Below are positions 25,642 through 39,250 of a stretch of DNA of 64,000 nucleotides, one piece after another; position 1 is the stretch's first letter, and each line of letters begins with the position of its first letter. The DNA comes from Leucoraja ocellata. Lineage: Eukaryota. Below the pieces are notes generated by a model. It was given only the letters and a program-made list of their open reading frames with translations. It searched no databases and was not told the origin of the DNA. The position numbers and the translations under genes are program-made. The stretch lies in the NCBI GenBank assembly GCA_036785375.1, contig JAWMAR010000156.1, positions 4,030,001 to 4,094,000 on the forward strand, written 5' to 3'.

Positions 25642-25962
25642 CATAGAAACATAGAAAATAGGTGCAGGAGTAGGCCATTCGGCCCTTCGAGCCTGCACCG
25701 CCATTCAATATGATCATGGCTGATCATCCAACTCAGTATCCTGTACCTGCCTTCTCTCCATACCCCCTGATCCCTTTAGCCACAAGGGCCACATCTAACT
25801 CCCTCTTAAATATAGTCAATGAACTGGCCTCAACTACCTTCTGTGGCAGAGAATTCCAGAGATTCACCACTCTCTGTGTGAAAAATGTTTTTCTTATCTC
25901 GGTCCTAAAAGATTTCCCCCTTATCCTTAAGCTGTGACCCCTAGTTCTGGACTTCCCCAACA
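25642..25962 (-). mobile_element. young CR1 3' end
   Basis: SRTRGHSLRIRGKSFRTE...NLWNSLPQKVVEA; near-identical to copies at 45103, 46586 and 50046. Confidence 0.9.
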
Positions 25963-25965
25963 TCT

Positions 25966-27320
25966 ACAGGGGACGGAGAAGGCGTTGTGCCCAGAAAAGG
26001 GTGGAACAAGGACGGTCCCTCTGACAACAACTCCAGCGACACCAGAGGAGATCCTCCTTCTTGAGGATGCCGGCACCCAGTACCTGAGCCCCGAAACGGT
26101 GCTGCAATTCACCAAAGCGGTGGGCATGAGAGGACAAGATGACGGTCAGTGACATTTTAAGGACAATGGAGCTAAAACTGGTATCGCTAAACTTGCGCAG
26201 TGAAGAACACTGCACGATGTGTAAACGCCTTGCAGTACTTGGCCAAGGTCAAGGCGGATTTGACTTTTCTGCAGGTGTGCGAGCTGCCACACCTCCGCGG
26301 CTATCGGAGGTGGGCGCGATGGTGGCCCCTTCGGACTGTCACATCAAATCAAATCAAATTTATTTATAAAGCACATTTAAAAACAATCCACGTTGACCAA
26401 AGTGCTGTACAGACCAGAGCAGGTAGCTAAAATCACAAAAAGAAACGGACATACACAGGAATGCGCACAGCACATAGGTACAAATAATCAGCTCAAAGAC
26501 CCAAAACAAAGATCAGCCTGTTGGTTTGGTCTGGGGGCAATAACTGTCGCTCCTTCCAGTCTTGCTGCGTGGAAGGAGCTTCGCCATCACTGAGGGTGAA
26601 CCGGGGGAGAAGCGAGGCCATGTTCTTTGGCTACTGGCCCGACTGATCTTCCGTCCCCTTCACCATCAAGCCTGACTCCTTGAAGGTACTGAGGATCTGG
26701 TTCAGGGGGGCTGAGGCGTGTGACAAGAATTGGCTGGAGCGGATAGCCAAGGTGGGGAAGAAACTGGAGCTGTGGAAGCAGTGTTCCCTCTCTATAGCAG
26801 AAAATAAATTGGTCATCAGGTGTGAGGTGCTCTTGGGGCTGCTGTACTTGGCGCAAGTGTGGCCTGTCCCTCCCTCCTATGCTACAGGGATCACCTGGGC
26901 CGACTTCCAGTTCATCTGGGGGTCGAGGATGGACCGGGTGCGACAGGCCACAATGCACAAGTCGGCAGACAACGGGGGTAAAAGCGTCCCCAACATCGCC
27001 CTCACCATGATGGCCACCTTCGTGTGTGGCTGCATCAGGCGGAGCGTAGGGCCAAGGCACGTGGGCACCAAGTGTCACTACCTGCTGCGGTTCTACCTGT
27101 CCCCGATGTTGCGAAGGATGGGCCTGGTGCAGATGCCACGCAATGCGCCAGTCAGCTGGACATTGCCGTATCACCTGTCATTCGTGGAAAGGTTCTTCTG
27201 GCCCGACACCTTTGACCACGTACATTGGGGAGTGATCAGCACGGAACGTCCTGCAGGCACTGCAGGGAAAGGACTCGATGGATTCGGTGGCATGGCTCCC
27301 AGAGCAGACTGCCTAGCTTG
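25966..27320 (+). mobile_element. Tx1-like (L1 clade) LINE remnant with a large internal deletion
   Basis: ORF2 start MELKLVSLNLR...KVKADLTFLQ, then post-RT NWLERIAKVGKKLELWK.CSLS...FQFIWGSRMDRV...GGKSVPNI. Confidence 0.8.
26343..26515 (-). mobile_element. L2-type 3' tail inserted in the Tx1 remnant
   Basis: Minus strand reads gtacagcactttggtcaac...tgtgctttataaataaa(tttga)n. Confidence 0.6.
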
Positions 27321-27329
27321 TCTAACTCA

Positions 27330-27465
27330 GGCCCTCGAATCCTGGCAACATCCTCATGAATCCACTATGCATCCTTTCCAGCTTAATAACATCTTTCCTA
27401 TAACAGGATGACCAAAACTGAACCCAATAGTCCAAATATGCCCTCACCATTGTTTTGTTCAAGCC
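27330..27465 (-). mobile_element. CR1 internal fragment
   Basis: Degenerate VQFWSSCYRKDVIKLER region. Confidence 0.6.
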
Positions 27466-28449
27466 TAACCATCTTCACGCATCTGCAAGATGCAAGTAAT
27501 TCTGAACAGTTTTAAGTATTTTGCATTAAGTATTGCTTCATATAACTTTCTTTTGTCATCATTTTGATTAATATTTTTTATGTAAACACTTGCATTACAA
27601 CATAAATGATTACCTATACTCCGTCCATCATCAGGGGTGTGGTGAAACCCCTCAATTTATATTTATGAATTCCATCCCTTTTTGCCTCAATTTTGGACCC
27701 TGTTCCGTGGCCTAATGTTCTGGTCACAACTCTGCTTTTCTGCACTACACTTTTTCGACATGGTGTTGGACATCTGGGTGTAGGTCCAATACAGATCATC
27801 AGAGAAGCACAACCAAAATCTTGAAGTTGTTGAATATAATTATAATTCGTAAGGCTCAAAAAAAAAGTAACAACTTGAAAGTTCATCAATTTAAATTTTA
27901 AATTGCCTCCCTTTATATTGTAATGATTTTTTTACAAAGATATGTTTTGGATATCCCATACCCTGTATTTGGTTTATGACAGCATGATTTAATGATATAA
28001 ATAGCTTTACAAATTAGTAGGGAGCTTTTTAATTTTCTTTCCTATCACAGTCGAGTCTTCTGCCTGATTATTCCAGTGAAGCTCTCTTTACCAGAAAATC
28101 TTACAGTTAATGTACAATGTGCAGAGTAGATTAACAGGATTCAAATTAACCTCTTTACTGAGCGATCATTTGGAATTGAGCATCTTGGACAGTTCCATTT
28201 TGGATCATTTGTACAACACAGCATGGCTGCAATCGCAGCCTTGTTAATGATTTTTAAGCAAATTTTTGTGGAAAAGCTGGGAGTAATGGATGTTTTAATT
28301 AAAATATCTGGGAGAATAGGCAGTCAATCTTTGGCAAATAGGTTGTTTAAACAAAACACTTTCCATTCGCGTTCGTTAAACTCATTCTGTCCATTTGCGT
28401 ACTTGCTTGAGGATATTTTTGTTTGGATCAATTTTTTTTAAATTTCAAA

Positions 28450-28545
28450 TGTTTAAGAAAGAACTGCAGATGCTGGAAAAATCAAAGTAGACAAAAATGC
28501 TGGAGAAACTCAGCGGGTAAGGCAGCATCTATGGAGCGAAGGAAT
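28450..28545 (-). mobile_element. PLE terminal fragment
   Basis: gtttaagaa.gaactgcagatgctgga..., as at 1081. Confidence 0.7.
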
Positions 28546-29759
28546 TTTTAAAATTTCAGCTAAATTTAGGCAGGAGGCTGTGTTAAGTAATGGGAGTGAA
28601 TGAGCAGAAATTCTGCAAATCACTTTAAAACAGCATGCCTTTGAGCAATTGGAATTGATGCTTCTTTAACTTCTTTGGGGATTGATGTCCTTGAAATGTC
28701 CTTGTTTTGATTCTGTTATGGATCAAATGATTGAAGGTAAGGAACAATATTGTCATGTGAGATATATTGGAAAGTTAATAAGAAAATGCAGATATTACTT
28801 TCAATTCCTATACTGAAATCGTAGAAAAGAATTGGAGGTGAATACTCCTATTTTACTATTTTATGGCCCTTGGCAAGTGTTATTCATTGATGGTCCCTTG
28901 AGTTTAAGCATAACGTGTTTCCATTTGATTTTTATGGGTTCTGAAGGTGCCCTATGAACAGAGCTAAAGAGTGTTCCATAGCAAGGGCATGAGGTGCGTG
29001 GGACGATGAACTGTGAAATGATTTAAACGACTCAATATTGCTTCATTGTTTCTGTTTGGTTTCTGTGCAGTTTCATTGAAGCAGTCTCAGTGCTCAAATA
29101 TATCTCTCCTAGTTTGAGTAGTTTTTGGCATGGGTCCTGCGTGGATTTGTGTTGATGATGTACTTTTCAGAGGTTCTCTGAACTTCTTTGAAGCATTCTG
29201 AAGATTACTTGCTGTGGTAGAATTCTGATGAAGTATCTGACCTGAAACAAAAACTCTTGTGCCATTTTCTTGAGATGCTGCCTGACATATTGAATGTTGC
29301 CAGCTTTTTCCATTTTGATTTTGAATAGAATGTTTGCTTCACAGTCTAGTATCATGTGTATGGACAACGTGGCCTGCTCAACAGAGGTGTTTAATCACGG
29401 CCTCCTTGTGTGCATTGTCTGTTTAAGGGAGGAAATTGTGAGTTTGGCTATAGTTTGAGGTCTTGGTCTTTGAACATTGTCTGACATCAGATAGCTGAAA
29501 GCTACCCCAGCTCACTGGAAGCTAGCAATTTTCACCAGTGTCATCATCAGCATCGTCCATGCTGAGGAATGGCTTCTGAGATTTGGAAACTGCTCTTCAT
29601 TTTCCAAAGATTTGTCATGGATCTTTATTAACAGAGGTGCGGGTTTGATGTGAGGTGGTCAGTGAAGGACTTTTGTCTTCTGGGTGATTTGTGTGTGACA
29701 CTTCAGTAAAGATGCAGACAATGCCGACGAGACTGGCTGAATGTGCGCACTAATTCACA

Positions 29760-29862
29760 ATTTCGTTGTCTCTTAATGCATTTCGTTGTCTCTAATGCAT
29801 TTCGTTGTCTCTGTACTGTACACTGACAATGACAATTAAAATTGAATCTGAATCTGAATCTA
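29760..29862 (+). mobile_element. Rex1/Babar 3' tail with local tandem duplications
   Basis: gcatttcgttgtctctgtactgtacactgacaatgacaattaaa(tgaatc)n; same tail at 44283-44355 (-) and 53576 (-). Confidence 0.75.
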
Positions 29863-30123
29863 ATGTCATTTGGGTAATCTTGGCTCTGGAGAGGTGGTAA
29901 TGGAAGTTGAAGAGTCTTCTGTTTAATCTCAGGATCAACTCTTCTCCAGAAAGAAGCTTGTTGATGGTGATATGAAGTGTTGTGGCAATGAACATTAGAA
30001 AAAGATTCATGCAATAACACTGGCTTGCTCTACCCTAGTCTTAAAAGGCATTATGTCTTTGGGGGGAGTCACTGGCCTTATGAAGAATAAAAATGAATTT
30101 TTGATCATCTTGATAATACACAA

Positions 30124-31112
30124 TAGGCTGTGGGCTAAGCATCAAAAATGTGTCTAGAAATCAACTTTCGTGACCCATGTCTCAGAACTACACAAAATTT
30201 TGCACAGATTTAGATAAAATATAATTGAGAAGGAAGTCATAACTCGTCAGTGCCAAAAGTTGCACATTAATTAATTAAACTAATTAGAAAATGGGATTGA
30301 AAAAGTAAGCGCCATCTAGTGTCCAATGCCCATATTACACTATGGGGAGCGTATTTCCGTATTGCAGTCTCTTTAAACCATATATCATTATACCATCTAT
30401 ATGTGTATATATATATATATATACATGACTTGTGAATATGACTGTAATATATAATTATGTATAATTAATATACATTATATATATATATATATATAATTAT
30501 ATATAATTATGTATAATGATATTATATAAAAATAATATAATGAATATAATTGTGAGGTTTTTTTTTAATGAGACTGCCGCAGAGGTCCTCTTGAACCAGC
30601 CTGATTAATGGGTGAGTGCAGTTCCTGTGGGTTCCCCTGTTTACTGAACCCACTGACTGCCAGTGTACAAAGTGGGTGACATGACCATAGTGGGACTGGG
30701 GCAGTGCCAGGCTGGGGGAAGGCTAAGGCAGGAAAATGCCTAACCTTAACTCGCCCCCCATCCAGAGCTGCCCAAGGCTGGAGCTGGAGCCGTTTTGGGA
30801 CCGGCTGTGGGGTCCGTACGTGCGGCCCCCCAGCTCGTCCACCTCGGCCAGCATGCCCTTCTGGATCATCATGATGATGGTGGGGAGCAGCACTGCCCTG
30901 CACGCCGCGCTGGCCGCCTTCAGCACCCCATAGCGCCAGCTCCGTCAGATCGCCCGCTCGCTTGCTGCAACACCGGTAGCCTGACAGCCCGACTGACCGC
31001 TCGCCGCACCCACTGGAGGCCCGGCCAGACCCTCACCAACCCAACGGAGGCCCGGCCAGATGCTCACCAACCCGACGGAGGCCTGGCCAGACGCTCACCA
31101 ACCCGGCGGAGT
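30124..31112. mobile_element. second, right-truncated copy of the 12628-14411 TIR element with a GC-rich internal segment
   Basis: 30124-30560 aligns with 12628-13020; ~31-bp tandem repeats ggaggcccggccaga..ctcaccaacc at 31015-31110. Confidence 0.75.
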
Positions 31113-31319
31113 TGATTCCAAAGAATTCCAAAGATTCACCACCCTCTGACTGAAGAAATGTCTCCTCATCTCCTTCGTAAAAAAATGTCCTTTATTTCTG
31201 AGACTATGACCATCTCTGTCTAGACTCTTCCACTCATGGAAAGGTCCCACTAATGGAAGCATTTTCATACTCCATGGATTAAATTTGTTCCAAAGGTTTG
31301 GGAGTATGGAGGGAGAGTT

Positions 31320-31625
31320 TTGAGAGACACAATATGGAAACAGCCTCTTAAGGCCACTTAATCTACATCAACCACCAACCTTTCACTGTAAACTAATTCT
31401 ACCCAAACCCTTTTTATTCTCTCAAAATGTACCTAACTCTCCCCAGAATCTGTCATTAGCCTACTCACTGGGGGCAATTTACAGTGACCAATTAATCAAC
31501 CAGTCCACAAACCATTTGGGACATGGGGAACCAAAGCACCTGGTGGGAACCCATGTGGCTACGATTGAGCCCAGGCATCTTCAGCTGTGAGGCACTGGTT
31601 TTACCACAGCACCACTGTGCTACCC
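31320..31625 (-). mobile_element. old HE1-like V-SINE
   Basis: Degenerate tRNA-like head (gggtagcacagtggtgc), V-domain and CR1-type tail. Confidence 0.65.
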
Positions 31626-32726
31626 TTTGTTGACTTTTAGTTTTTGAGAGATGAGTTGAGAGCACAGATCAGTACCTTACAGCAAATGCTCAACCAACAG
31701 CACTTGTCCACAATATCAGTTCTGTCTTGAAGTCCATCATAATCAACACTTGTGAAGAAATGCTTGTTTCTCCACCAGAGCATGCGGAGGGTTATTTGGT
31801 GGAAACAACCAGAATATCCAGCAACTAATAAATTGTAAATGCAAGGCTATCGTGAAGCACCGTTATTAATCAAGGACCGACCCTGCTTAGAGCCAAAAAT
31901 GGAAGGAAGTTCATCTGTCCTGAAGCAGTCACTGCACGCTGGCAGGAGCCTCCAAAAGTAAGACTGATAAAAACATTACATTTGTTTTAGCAACACGCCA
32001 ACTATTGTGTAAAATTGATGGGCTATAATTTCAACGACAAGGAAGATTAAAAATCAGCAGAGACTTATTTTTCACCACCTGCTTTTTTCAGTCATCCAAT
32101 ACCACAGAAGGGGTTAATAATGTCCTGATATACATTTGAGAATTCTAATTTATTGTAACTGAAAATCAGATGCTGCTTGCTGCATCTGTAAATTGCATAA
32201 TTCCTGTACAGCTCAGATAATTTATTGAGAATCCCTCTGCTTTTTAAATCATATTGTAATAAACCATGTGGATGCCAATCTTTTGTCATGAAGCACTCGT
32301 TTAAAAGCATGTAGATTTGCCGAGAGACAGTAGGCTCTTTGCTCTTTGACAGGGACATCATTCCTTTCTCCATTTTATTTTCATATGATTTGATGTAAAT
32401 GTAAATATTCAAACAAAAATGTAATTAGTCTGTGTTTTAAAAAAATGTAGTTTGAAAGTTCTAAGGTGATAGTTTTAACAGAGCATTTTGTTTGCAATTA
32501 TTGTACTTACATTTGTAAAAGGTCAAGTCGGGGGGAGTTCCCCTCGCCACGGGTATGATGTAATCCCATGCTACCAGCTCCATGGTTGGATAGTCGGCGA
32601 CTAAACCGTCTTCCTCTCCTGGTTTGCCAGGTGAGGAGGGGCCTATGGACCCCAGCAGGACCAAAAACAAGACCTGTCAAAGGGCGGATGAGCTTCCAGC
32701 GAGCCAACGGCCACCCACACTTCAGT

Positions 32727-33035
32727 AGAACATAGAAACATAAAAAATAGGTGCAGGAGGAGGCCATTCGCCCCCTCGAGCCAGCACCGCTATTCATTGT
32801 GATCATGGCTGATCGTCCCCAATCAATAACCCATGCCTGCCTTCTCCCCATATCCCTTAATTCCACTAGCCAATCTAACTCTCTCTTAAATCCATCCAGT
32901 GACTTGGCCTCCACTACCCTCTGTGGCAGGGAATTCCACAAATTCACAACTCTTTGGTTGAAAACGTTTTTTTCTCACCTCAGTCTTAAATGGCTTCCCC
33001 TTTATTCTAAGACTGTGGCCCCTGGTTCTGGACTC
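32727..33035 (-). mobile_element. CR1 3' end, inserted into a possible LINE 5' UTR remnant (32515-32730)
   Basis: ESRTRGHSLRIKGKPFKTE, NLWNSLPQRVVEA and the CR1 tail. Confidence 0.85.
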
Positions 33036-33703
33036 TGAAGTTGCGATTACTGTTGTACATAGCATTGCAGGTAATGATGATAAAACACACACGCCAAAAT
33101 ACTATACTTCTAGCGGCGGAAGTCCGCAGGAGCTAGAGGACAGAGATGTGTGGTGCGTCCATCACCGTTCCTGTCGGAAGTCAGCACTATTGTGCTGCTA
33201 ATGTTTTCAACGATGATAAATTTGTAAAAGGTTTGTTTGCTGCTCTAGCTATTTCTTGGCTACAATCACTCCTCAGTGAAACAGAGTAAAAGGGCAAAAC
33301 ACCTGGTTTGGTATAAGACACAAAACTAAGAAAGATGATTAGTGGCAGTCAGAAACAATTTGGAGACTTCCGGTGGCGTCATGGAGAATTAAGGCGCGGC
33401 ATTGAGCTTCTCCCCTGTAAAATAATTGTGAAAGCCGTTTTAAGTCAGCACCGATTTTTAAAAAAACTCACCGAAGTCGCCTGGTGTTGTATAAGGGTGA
33501 TATCATCAGAAGGTGACGTGAAAATCGGGGAGATTAATGGTGAAATCAGGTGTTTAAATTAGTTTAAATGAGCAGAGATAATCGTTCAAGGGCGCCAGAG
33601 AAAAATACTATCAGTCTTCAGCTCGAGAAAGTATTGGATACTCTGCAAACGAGAAGAAGGTTCAGAAGAAGAAGAATCTTACAGCCAAGGGTCTCTGCTT
33701 GAA

Positions 33704-34671
33704 ATGGCAACAAAAGGAGACAAGAAGGAGAAAGAGATAAAGCAAATGCTTTTAGATATGACTGCTACAATCAACATTACACTGGAGAAGATGCAAAGTA
33801 TGGAGTCTCGTATGGAGAGTAACAAGCAGAGTATGGAGACTAGCATGGAGAGTAACAAGCAGAGTATGGAGACTAGCATGGAGAGAATTTCTCAAAAAAT
33901 TGATAATACTTGCAGTGAGTTAAAAGAACTGAAAAAGCAGTATAAGGAATTTGATAAGAGATTAAAATCAGAGTGTGTCAGAATTGAAAATGATTACAAC
34001 AAGAAATTTAAAGGTGTAAAGGATGATATCGGAAAGCTGGATGAGATAATGGAAGAGATGGAGAATGAGATAAAAGAGATTGTCTTGGAAATAAAGAGTT
34101 TGAAACAATCACTGAAAACTGAAGAGGCAAAACTTGGAAGAATGACTGATAAATGTCTGAACCTGGAATCAAGAACTCGGAGATATAACCTGAGGATTCT
34201 CGGAGTAAAGGAAGGACGAGAGGGACATGAATCTCAAGCATGTACTTTCGTTACTGATTTACTCAAAGATGTCTTTGAACTCTCGGAAGAACCAAGAATA
34301 GATGTCGCTCACCGAGTTGGGTATGTTGCAAGCGGAACAAATTATTCAAGACAGATAATTGTGAAATTCTGTGACATCTCTTCAGTGGAATTTATATTGA
34401 AAAAGATAACTCATGGGAAGAAGCTGACATACCGTGGGGATAATGTGCGAATATTTCGCGATTACTCTCCTGAAGTAGTCCAGAAAATGAGATTGTTTAC
34501 ACTTTCAGGGATGTCCCAGGAGTAAGAAATGGAATTTACTTTCCCGGAAAAATGAAGGTATCTTATAACGGCGTTGAACGCTCATTTGCAGATCCCGGAA
34601 AAGCTTTAAAGTATGCAGAGGATATCGTTAAGAAAACATCGGGGCAAGCTGCCGACAAGGAAGAAGATTGA
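33704..34671 (+). pseudogene. L1 ORF1p (coiled coil, RRM, CTD), frameshifted near 34510
   Basis: LESRTRRYNLRILGVKE, IDVAHRVG, RQIIVKF, VRIFRDYS; continues in another frame as YFPGKMKVSYNG...F.DP..AL to TGA at 34671. Confidence 0.85.
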
Positions 34672-35453
34672 ACTTTTTACAGAGTTTTGAACTGATTAAA
34701 ATGGCCGAGCTACCCAGACAATTAAAAAGCTTATCTCGTTGGAATGTGTTATTCAGAGAGCTTGGTTATATTCAACCTTGGATGAAAAGCTCAAAGTTTA
34801 ACCCCTTGGCACCTGCTTGGACGGTAGTTAACCCTTTGGTACCGGCTTGTATGATGTATGGTAGTTATAGAATGGGATATTATGTAAGAATCCTGGGTGG
34901 ATATATATTGGAAAGTTTAGATTAGATTAAGATTGGATAAATTGGAAGGACATATATACTTATATAATCGTGTATATGTTGTGTTCTATATTTGTTTTTG
35001 TTTTTTTACTCCTTATGTCTCTTCCTGATAATTTTTTATTTTTATTTTTTCTCTCGGCTGTCACTGGCGCTGGTTTGATAAACTCATAAGAAAAGACAAA
35101 ATATGAAACGGTATGTAACTTTTTATGAGGATTCACCAAGGGGGAGGAGCTCAATGTATAACAACATTACGGTGGTCTATACATTTTTTGCCATCATTGA
35201 TGGCTATTCGGCCTTAAGGTATCTTCCCTTAGATACCTTAATAGCACCTTTTTTTTAAAAGCACAATCAAGATTTTTATCTGTTTAATTTTTTTGAAAGT
35301 AATTGTATATCACATTCTTTCTTTCTTTTTCTAAGGCACTTTACAAGAAGGAGATGCAATATAAATCTAATAAACCGGGATGACCACCCAAGTCCTAAAA
35401 TTCTGAGGTATTTGGTTGCACCATATGATTCAGGAATATTACCTTGATTTACA

Positions 35454-38400
35454 ATGCAAGACGATAGACAAATAAAGAATGGAGGAATTACATTTTGTAG
35501 CTGGAATATAAGGGGTGCCAACGAACCAATTAAGAGGGGTAAAATTTTTGCCCAACTAAAATCGTTGAAAAGCGACATAATGTTTTTGCAGGAGACACAC
35601 ATGAAACAACAAACACAAATAAGATTAAAGGCGAATTGGATAGGCCAAACATACTACTCCTCATTTACTTCTAAATCTAGGGGTACAGCTATTCTTATTA
35701 GGAAAGGTATTCCTTTTAAATTAAAGAATACTATATCAGATAAAGAGGGAAGGTATATTATAGTTTCGGGTGAAATTTATGCAACCCCACTAACTTTGAT
35801 AAATATTTATGCTCCGAATTTTGATAACCCCCAATTTTTTGATAAAATTATTGACATCATATCAGAGTTTAATTACCAAAATGTGATAATAGGGGGGGAC
35901 TTTAACTGTGTTTTAGATTCATATCTAGATAAATCAGCAAAACAAAAGAAGAGTAATTTATAATCTAAGACTAGCGAATTTCTAAATACATATATATAAA
36001 AATACTAATATAATTGATGTATGGAGATCTGCTAATCCAGTTGGAAGGGAATACTCGTTTTAATCTTCGGTGCATAAAACTTATTCAAGAATTGATTATT
36101 TTTTAGTGGATATGAAATTAATGCCATATACAAACAACCCAACATACCACATTAGTAGTATCTCAGATCACTCTCCGTTGACATTTTCAGTAAAATTTGA
36201 GGGAATGCCGAGTAAAAAATTTTTTTGGAGGTTTAATACACATATTTTAAATGACGCGCAAGGCTATCAATATTTAAAACAACAAATGAAACTTTTTTTC
36301 GATACAAATGATATACCAGGTACTTTGCCTTCTTTATTATGGGAAACTTTTAAGGCATTTATGAGAGGAATTATAATTTCATATCAAAGTTTTCAAAATA
36401 AAAAGAATAAGACAGAACAATTGTTGTTAGAACAAGAAATCAGACAGTTAGAGTCGGATAATGCCAAAGATTCCACGACAGATAAACACAATAAGATAAT
36501 ATTACTGAAATTTAAACTTAATCGAATTTTATCGGCAAGAGTAATAAGACTATTCCAAATTACAAAACAGGAACATTTTGAGTTTGGTGACAAACCACAT
36601 AAGCTTTTAGCTCGCCAATTGAAAAAACAAGAAAAGGAAAATACTATAACCAAAATTAAATCAGAGAAAGGTGAATTACTAATACTACCTAAAGATATTA
36701 ATAATAGATTTGCCCAATTTTACCAAAACTTACATACATCTAAAATTAAAAAAGAAGATAGCAAAATAAAAACATTTCTAGATAACTGTAATCTTCCAAT
36801 ACTGGACCTTTTGGAACAAGAGGAACTAGGAGCTCAAATTACAATCAAAGAAATAGGTGAAACAATAAAATCGCTGAAAAATGGTAAGACACCGGGACCA
36901 GATGGTTTTAATAATGAATTTTATAAAAAATTTCATGAGATAACGACCCCTTATTTATTTAATTTATACTCCCATGCTTTTAAAGAAAACAAACTACCTG
37001 AAACACTAACAGAATCAACTATTACGCTTATTCCAAAAAAAGATAAAGATTTAGAAGATCCGGGCTCGTACAGAGCTATATCACTTTTAAATACAGATCA
37101 GAAAATTTTAGCAAAGATTTTAGCAAGAAGATTAAGCAAATATATTAGTAAATTGATAAACCCTGATCAAACGGGGTTTATACCTAAAAGATACTCATTT
37201 AATAATCTGAGACGCCTGTTTAATATAATGTACTCGCATAAAGTAGAGGAAGAAGATATATCAATTATTTCTTTGGATGCAGAGAAAGCATTTGATCAGG
37301 TAGAGTGGCAATACTTATATAAAGTACTACAAAAATTTAATATGGGAGAGAATTTTATAAAATGGGTAAAATTATTATATGATAAACCGATGGCAAGAAT
37401 TTTAACTAATAACATGTTATCTCAAAAATTTCAACTATCAAGGGGTAATAGGCAGGGATGTGCACTATCACCCCTGCTATTTGCCCTTATGATAGAACCC
37501 CTGGCTGAAAGTATAAGAATTCATCCGAATATTCAGGGCTATAATACCAGGGACTCAAAGAATAAAATCTCATTATATGCAGACGATATACTTTTATATA
37601 TTACAAAGTCACAAACGAGCATACCAAATTTATTAAACTTAATAGAGGAATTTGGGTATTTTTCTGGATATAGAATAAACTGGAATAAAAGCGAAATCAT
37701 GACATTAAAACCTCAAGAACCTACACACTTATTGAAGTTCCCCTTTAAAATCGCAACAGAAAAATTTAAATATTTGGGTATTCAGATTACTAGAAAATAT
37801 AAAACATTATTCAATGCTAATTTCATACCTTTATTAAATAAACAATACGCTGATTAAATTTTGGAAAACACTTCCCTTATCATTATTAGGTGGAATAAAT
37901 GCAATAAAAATGATCTTTCTACCACAATTACTATACCTATTTCAGTCTATACTGGTATATATACCAAAATATATATTTTTTAAATTAGACTCTAATATTA
38001 CTAATTATATTTGGGACTATAGATCACATAGAATCACAAAAAAACACTTATGTAAAACAAAAGAGGTTGGGGCACTTTCACTTCCAAATTTTATGTATTA
38101 TTACTGGGCAGTGCATATTAAGAATATGATTTATTGGTTGGATAGTTCTACCCAACAGACAGAATGGATAAAAATGGAGAAGGAGGATTGCCATCCTTGT
38201 AATATAGGAACGATCCCCTTCTCCCCAAAAAAACTGAATAACACAATATATAAGAAGAACCCAATTATATATGGTACAATAAGAATTTGGAAACAAATAA
38301 AATTATCTTTAAAATTAAGAAATCTATCACTGTTAATGCCAATAGCGAATAACTCTTTATTTAAACCATCTCTTATTGATAAGACATATAACCAATGGGA

Positions 38401-39250
38401 AAGTCTTGGAATTAGAAAGATCGGAGATATGTACGAAATGGGAAACCTACTATCATTCCAACAACTACAATTAAAATTTAAATTGAAAAACAATCAATAT
38501 TTTAAATATCTTCAGATTTGCGATTTCGTGAAAAAATATATACAAGGATATCAAAAAGTAACTCCTGACTTATTGGAAGAAGCAATGAATATTGAAGCTG
38601 ACTCACAAAAATTAATATCATATTTATATAATAGTATTCTAAATATAGACCTACCATCGACAGAGGTACTTAGAGAAGAGTGGGAACGGGAACTAATGAT
38701 AAAAATTACGAAGGTTAAATGGGAAAAATACCTGTTATATATTCACAAATGTTCAATTAATGTAAGACATAATCTAATTCAATTTAAAATTGTACATAGA
38801 TTATATTATTCAAAAACAAGATTGAACAAATTTTATCCAAATATATCCGCCACTTGTGATATCCGCCACTTGCCCAAAAGGCAACTATAACACACTCCTT
38901 AGTTTCCTGCATATAACTTTGTAGATTTTGGAATTATATTTTTGAAATATTTACAAAATTATTCAAGACAAGAATGGAACCTAATACTGAAATGATTATA
39001 TTTGGTGTAATGGAAGATGGGAATTAATTGAACACATCTCAAAATCTATTCCTTAACTATGGTTTAATAATAGCAAAAAAATTAATACTTAAATTTTGGA
39101 AGGGTACATCAATACCAACTCTTAAAATGTGGATTGCAAGTATGTTGGACACCGCTCATCTTGAGGAAATGCGATTCCTCCTAATGGATAAATCAGACCA
39201 ATTCATAATGAGTTGGTCTCCATTCGTCGTTTTTTTTGGAATCTTATGGT
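35454..39250 (+). pseudogene. L1 ORF2p (APE endonuclease plus reverse transcriptase), with stops and frameshifts
   Basis: SWNIRG, FLQETH, NIYAPN, GGDFN, SRIDYF, SDHSPL, PGPDGF, SLDAEKAFD, QGCALSPLLF, YADD; split over ORFs starting at 35454, 36070, 37910 and 39028. Confidence 0.93.

Noticed and set aside
32515-32730. GC-rich structured segment as a possible ribozyme or ncRNA
   Set aside because: Only a simple hairpin (tcctctcctgg-tttg-ccaggtgagga) is visible; it is more likely a LINE 5' UTR remnant.
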